A stretch of DNA of 64,000 bases from Octopus vulgaris (lineage: Eukaryota). The translations under genes and the position numbers were made by a program. The stretch is from contig OX597841.1 of the NCBI GenBank assembly GCA_951406725.2, forward strand, positions 17,546,001 to 17,610,000, read 5' to 3'. The notes beneath the pieces were generated by a model. That model did no database searches. It was not told the DNA's origin and worked only from the letters and a program-made list of their open reading frames with translations. Of the stretch, positions 61,020-64,000 are shown one piece after another. Position 1 is the first letter of the stretch, and every line of letters starts with the position of its first letter.

Positions 61020-62375
61020 TTGTAAGCAAAAGACAGTTGTAAAATAATAATGGTATGATGATATCATTACAATGGCATGATTCCAGAGATGGCAATCAAT
61101 GTAAGATGCAAATACCATTTTAATGGTAAGGCAAAAAAAACCCAAAAAAAAGCAAAAACAATTGTGTATAATGATAGCATGAAATTCATACTGCAGCAGT
61201 CAGCAGAGACAAATTTTGATGACACCATTGAAATGGTATGGTTCCAGAGATCATAATTAATATAGGATACATATACCATTTTAGTGGTAAGAAAAATTAA
61301 TTGTATATAATGATTATTGTAGCAGTCAGCAGAGCCAAATTTTGATTTTACCACCACAATGGTATGGTTCCAGAGATTGCAATTAACATATGGTACAAAT
61401 ACCATTCTAATGGTAAGCTAAAGACAATTGTACATAAAGATCGTATGATGGTATGGAGTGACTATTGTAGCAATCACTATTGTAGCAAAATGTTGATTAC
61501 ACCACTGCAATGGTATGGTCCCAGAAATACAAATACCATTCTAATGGCATGTTAAAGACAATTCTATTTAATGGTAGTATGAAGTGCATATTGCAGCAGT
61601 CAGTAGAGACAAATGTTGATTATACCACCGAAATGGTAAGGTTCCAAAGAACACATTTAGCATAAGATACAAATACCATTTTAATGGTAAGCTAAAGACA
61701 ATTGTATAAATGATTGAATGATGGTATGGAGTGACTATTGTAGCAGTCACAATGGTATGATTCCAGAGATCACAATTTGTATGAAATAAATATACCATTC
61801 TAATGGTAAGCAAAGGAGAATAGTTAATAATTATGGAATGTATAAGAGGCAGTCAATATGGACAACATATGACATATACCATTACAGTGGTATGGCACTG
61901 TTTTACATAACGGTTATCACTCCAGAGATCACAGTCAGCACATGGTATGGCAAGCAAGGGATGCAATTAGTTCAAAGAATAAACACCAATACCATCATAA
62001 TGGTATGGTATACAGCCATTTAAGAAGAGTAAACAAACAAATATACCAACATACCACTGATGGTATGATATAACTGTAATCAATTTTAACATACTGCCAC
62101 ATAGTTACATCATACCATCACATATAATAATAAAAAAGCATATCAATATATAACACAGCTATACCATCTCAGTGGTATGATATACAGTTTAGACCATTCT
62201 TTGTAATAATAATAAACCTATAGGTTACAATGCTAACATGTTGCTATGATACCATCAGGATGGTATGGTATAGTACACAACCGATTAAGAGAAGAATTAA
62301 TTGACAAGCACCAAATGCACACACAACCATCCGTGCAGCAAGCCAACCAGGCAGTCGATACGATGGTATGATGTG
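61020..62375. repeat. Diverged ~120-160-bp tandem repeat with internal palindrome TACCATTNTAATGGTA
   Basis: AATGGTATGGTTCCAGAGAT...AATACCATT recurs at least 6 times and decays rightwards. Confidence 0.75.
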
Positions 62376-62480
62376 AGTGAATTAACAAATAATATGACAC
62401 CGAGAGGTCTGCTATAGGATTCTTTAACTAACTTGCACTCTCTCTCTCTCATATGTGTATGGATAGTGATCATATGTTTA

Positions 62481-62517
<37 letters not shown>

Positions 62518-62626
62518 CGGAGATGTACTCGCATAGCAAGTGATTTGATCTGAGATCGTGTGCTGGAACGAAAACAATTGCAGCGTGGAAGGTGTTTATA
62601 AGCCATATAAGAAACACACAAAAACC

Positions 62627-62794
62627 GTTAGATTCACTTCAACTTTTAAATTTTATTTGTCAAAATATTTTCGTTGCTTTGAGACCGCGACCTGTTCACT
62701 GACAAAGCTTTGTAGCTTTGTCAGTGAACAGGTCACGGTCTGAAAGCGACGAAAATATTTTGACAAATTATATTTAAATGTTGAAGTGAATCTA
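62627..62794. repeat. Palindromic Penelope-like end (~80-bp arms); family also at 31335-32350
   Basis: Arms are reverse complements around GACAAAGC-TTTGTA-GCTTTGTC. Confidence 0.7.
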
Positions 62795-62897
62795 AATAAT
62801 TTTCATCATACTATATTTCTATTGTCATTTATAACTTTATACACACCTTATGGTTTTCTCTATATATCAAGCTATATATTCTATTGTTTTTGTAGAG

Positions 62898-63013
62898 TTA
62901 TAGATACAAAAAAGAGCCTTTTGATGAGTACTTTAAATGCATGAATGTATGTATGTATGCATACATACATGCATTTAAAGTACTCATCAAAAGGATCTTT
63001 TTGTATCTATAAT
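62898..63013. repeat. Fold-back hairpin with ~45-55-bp arms
   Basis: TTATAGATACAAAAAAGAGCCTTTTGATGAGTACTTTAAATGCATG... and its reverse complement. Confidence 0.85.
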
Positions 63014-63164
63014 TACATACATACATACAAATATACATACATACATACACACACACATACATCTTATATACATACATATATACATACATACATAGATACA
63101 TGCATACATATATAATAGATAGGTCCATGATGTGAGATGCCCAGTGTGAAATAAATAAATATAT

Positions 63165-63207
<43 letters not shown>

Positions 63208-63233
63208 GGGAGAGAGAGAGAGAGGGAGCGAGA

Positions 63234-64000
63234 ATGTTGTGGTGTTGCATATCCGTACCTGCATCACGAGAGGATATCGATGGGGATGTCTGTGACGAGG
63301 GGACTGCGGCCCGTGATGGAGGGCTCTCCCCTTTCCTGTTCCCGTCGGTGGCTACAGAAGGTGAACCAGACGAAACCAAACAGCAAAACGGCGCACAAGA
63401 ATCCGACAGCCTGGAAAACGAGGCAGAGAGAGACGAAATCGTTAATTATGCTAATCAACACATAAGGCGGGGGGACCACAGCAGGGCGGACCTGGGGACA
63501 AGCATGGCCAAGAGGCAGTTCCAGACTCGTAACCCTGGCACTCCCGAAACTAAGGCCCCACTACCAGATGCGGTTTCAAATCGTACACAAGACACTACAA
63601 CAATAACAACAACAACAACGACGACGACGACGACAACACCACCACGACCACCACAACCACGACCACCACCACAACCACCACCACCACCACTACCACAACC
63701 ACCACCACCATCACCTCAACCACCACCAACACCACCACCTCAACCACCACCACCACCACCACCACCACCACAACCACCACCTCAACCACCACCACAACCA
63801 CCACCAACACCACCACCACCACAACTACCACCACCACCACTACCACCACCACAACCACCACTACCACCACCACAACCACCACCACCACAACCACCACCAC
63901 CACCACAACCACTACCACCACTACAACAACCACCACCACCACCACTACCACCACCACCACCACCACCACCACCACCACCACCACCACCACCACCACCACC
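63234..64000 (+). CDS. Candidate ORF open to the window end: MLWCCISVPASREDIDGDVCDEG..., acidic region, then poly-Thr and poly-Pro
   Basis: Hand translation gives ~120 non-repetitive, GC-rich codons without a stop, continuing in frame into the CCA tract. It is absent from the ORF track because no stop lies in the window. Confidence 0.55.
   Translation, partial: MLWCCISVPASREDIDGDVCDEGTAARDGGLSPFLFPSVATEGEPDETKQQNGAQESDSLENEAERDEIVNYANQHIRRGDHSRADLGTSMAKRQFQTRNPGTPETKAPLPDAVSNRTQDTTTITTTTTTTTTTTPPRPPQPRPPPQPPPPPLPQPPPPSPQPPPTPPPQPPPPPPPPPQPPPQPPPQPPPTPPPPQLPPPPLPPPQPPLPPPQPPPPQPPPPPQPLPPLQQPPPPPLPPPPPPPPPPPPPPPPP

Noticed and set aside
63595-63999. Poly-Val ORF on the minus strand
   Set aside because: Reverse complement of the (ACC)n tract.

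Overview
AT-rich, microsatellite- and SINE-saturated animal genomic DNA. The repeat landscape suggests a coleoid cephalopod, probably Octopus (inference from repeat families, not verified). Most ORF-track entries are microsatellite or SINE artefacts. Mobile DNA includes several tRNA-derived SINE families, a 5'-truncated RTE LINE with an open RT frame containing a PHD finger, CR1/R4/RTE fragments, Helitrons plus a PIF1-helicase relic, hAT/piggyBac/mariner/Merlin-like MITEs, Penelope-type hammerhead relics and satellites. The main result is a tandem pair of apparently orphan two-exon genes (about 27.0-30.2 kb and 37.9-43.0 kb). They share a homologous TATA promoter, a short non-coding exon 1, splice-site context and 3' motifs, but appear to have degenerated in complementary ways. 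Gene A keeps the N-terminal helical segment and stops early. Gene B has turned that segment into 5'UTR and expanded two peptide repeats, giving a 438-aa acidic/basic Ser-Cys block protein. Also notable: a Helitron capture with donor and product both in the window, a perfect Sox-POU composite site, and an unlisted ORF running off the right edge. All alignments were made by eye and coordinates of degenerate repeats are approximate.
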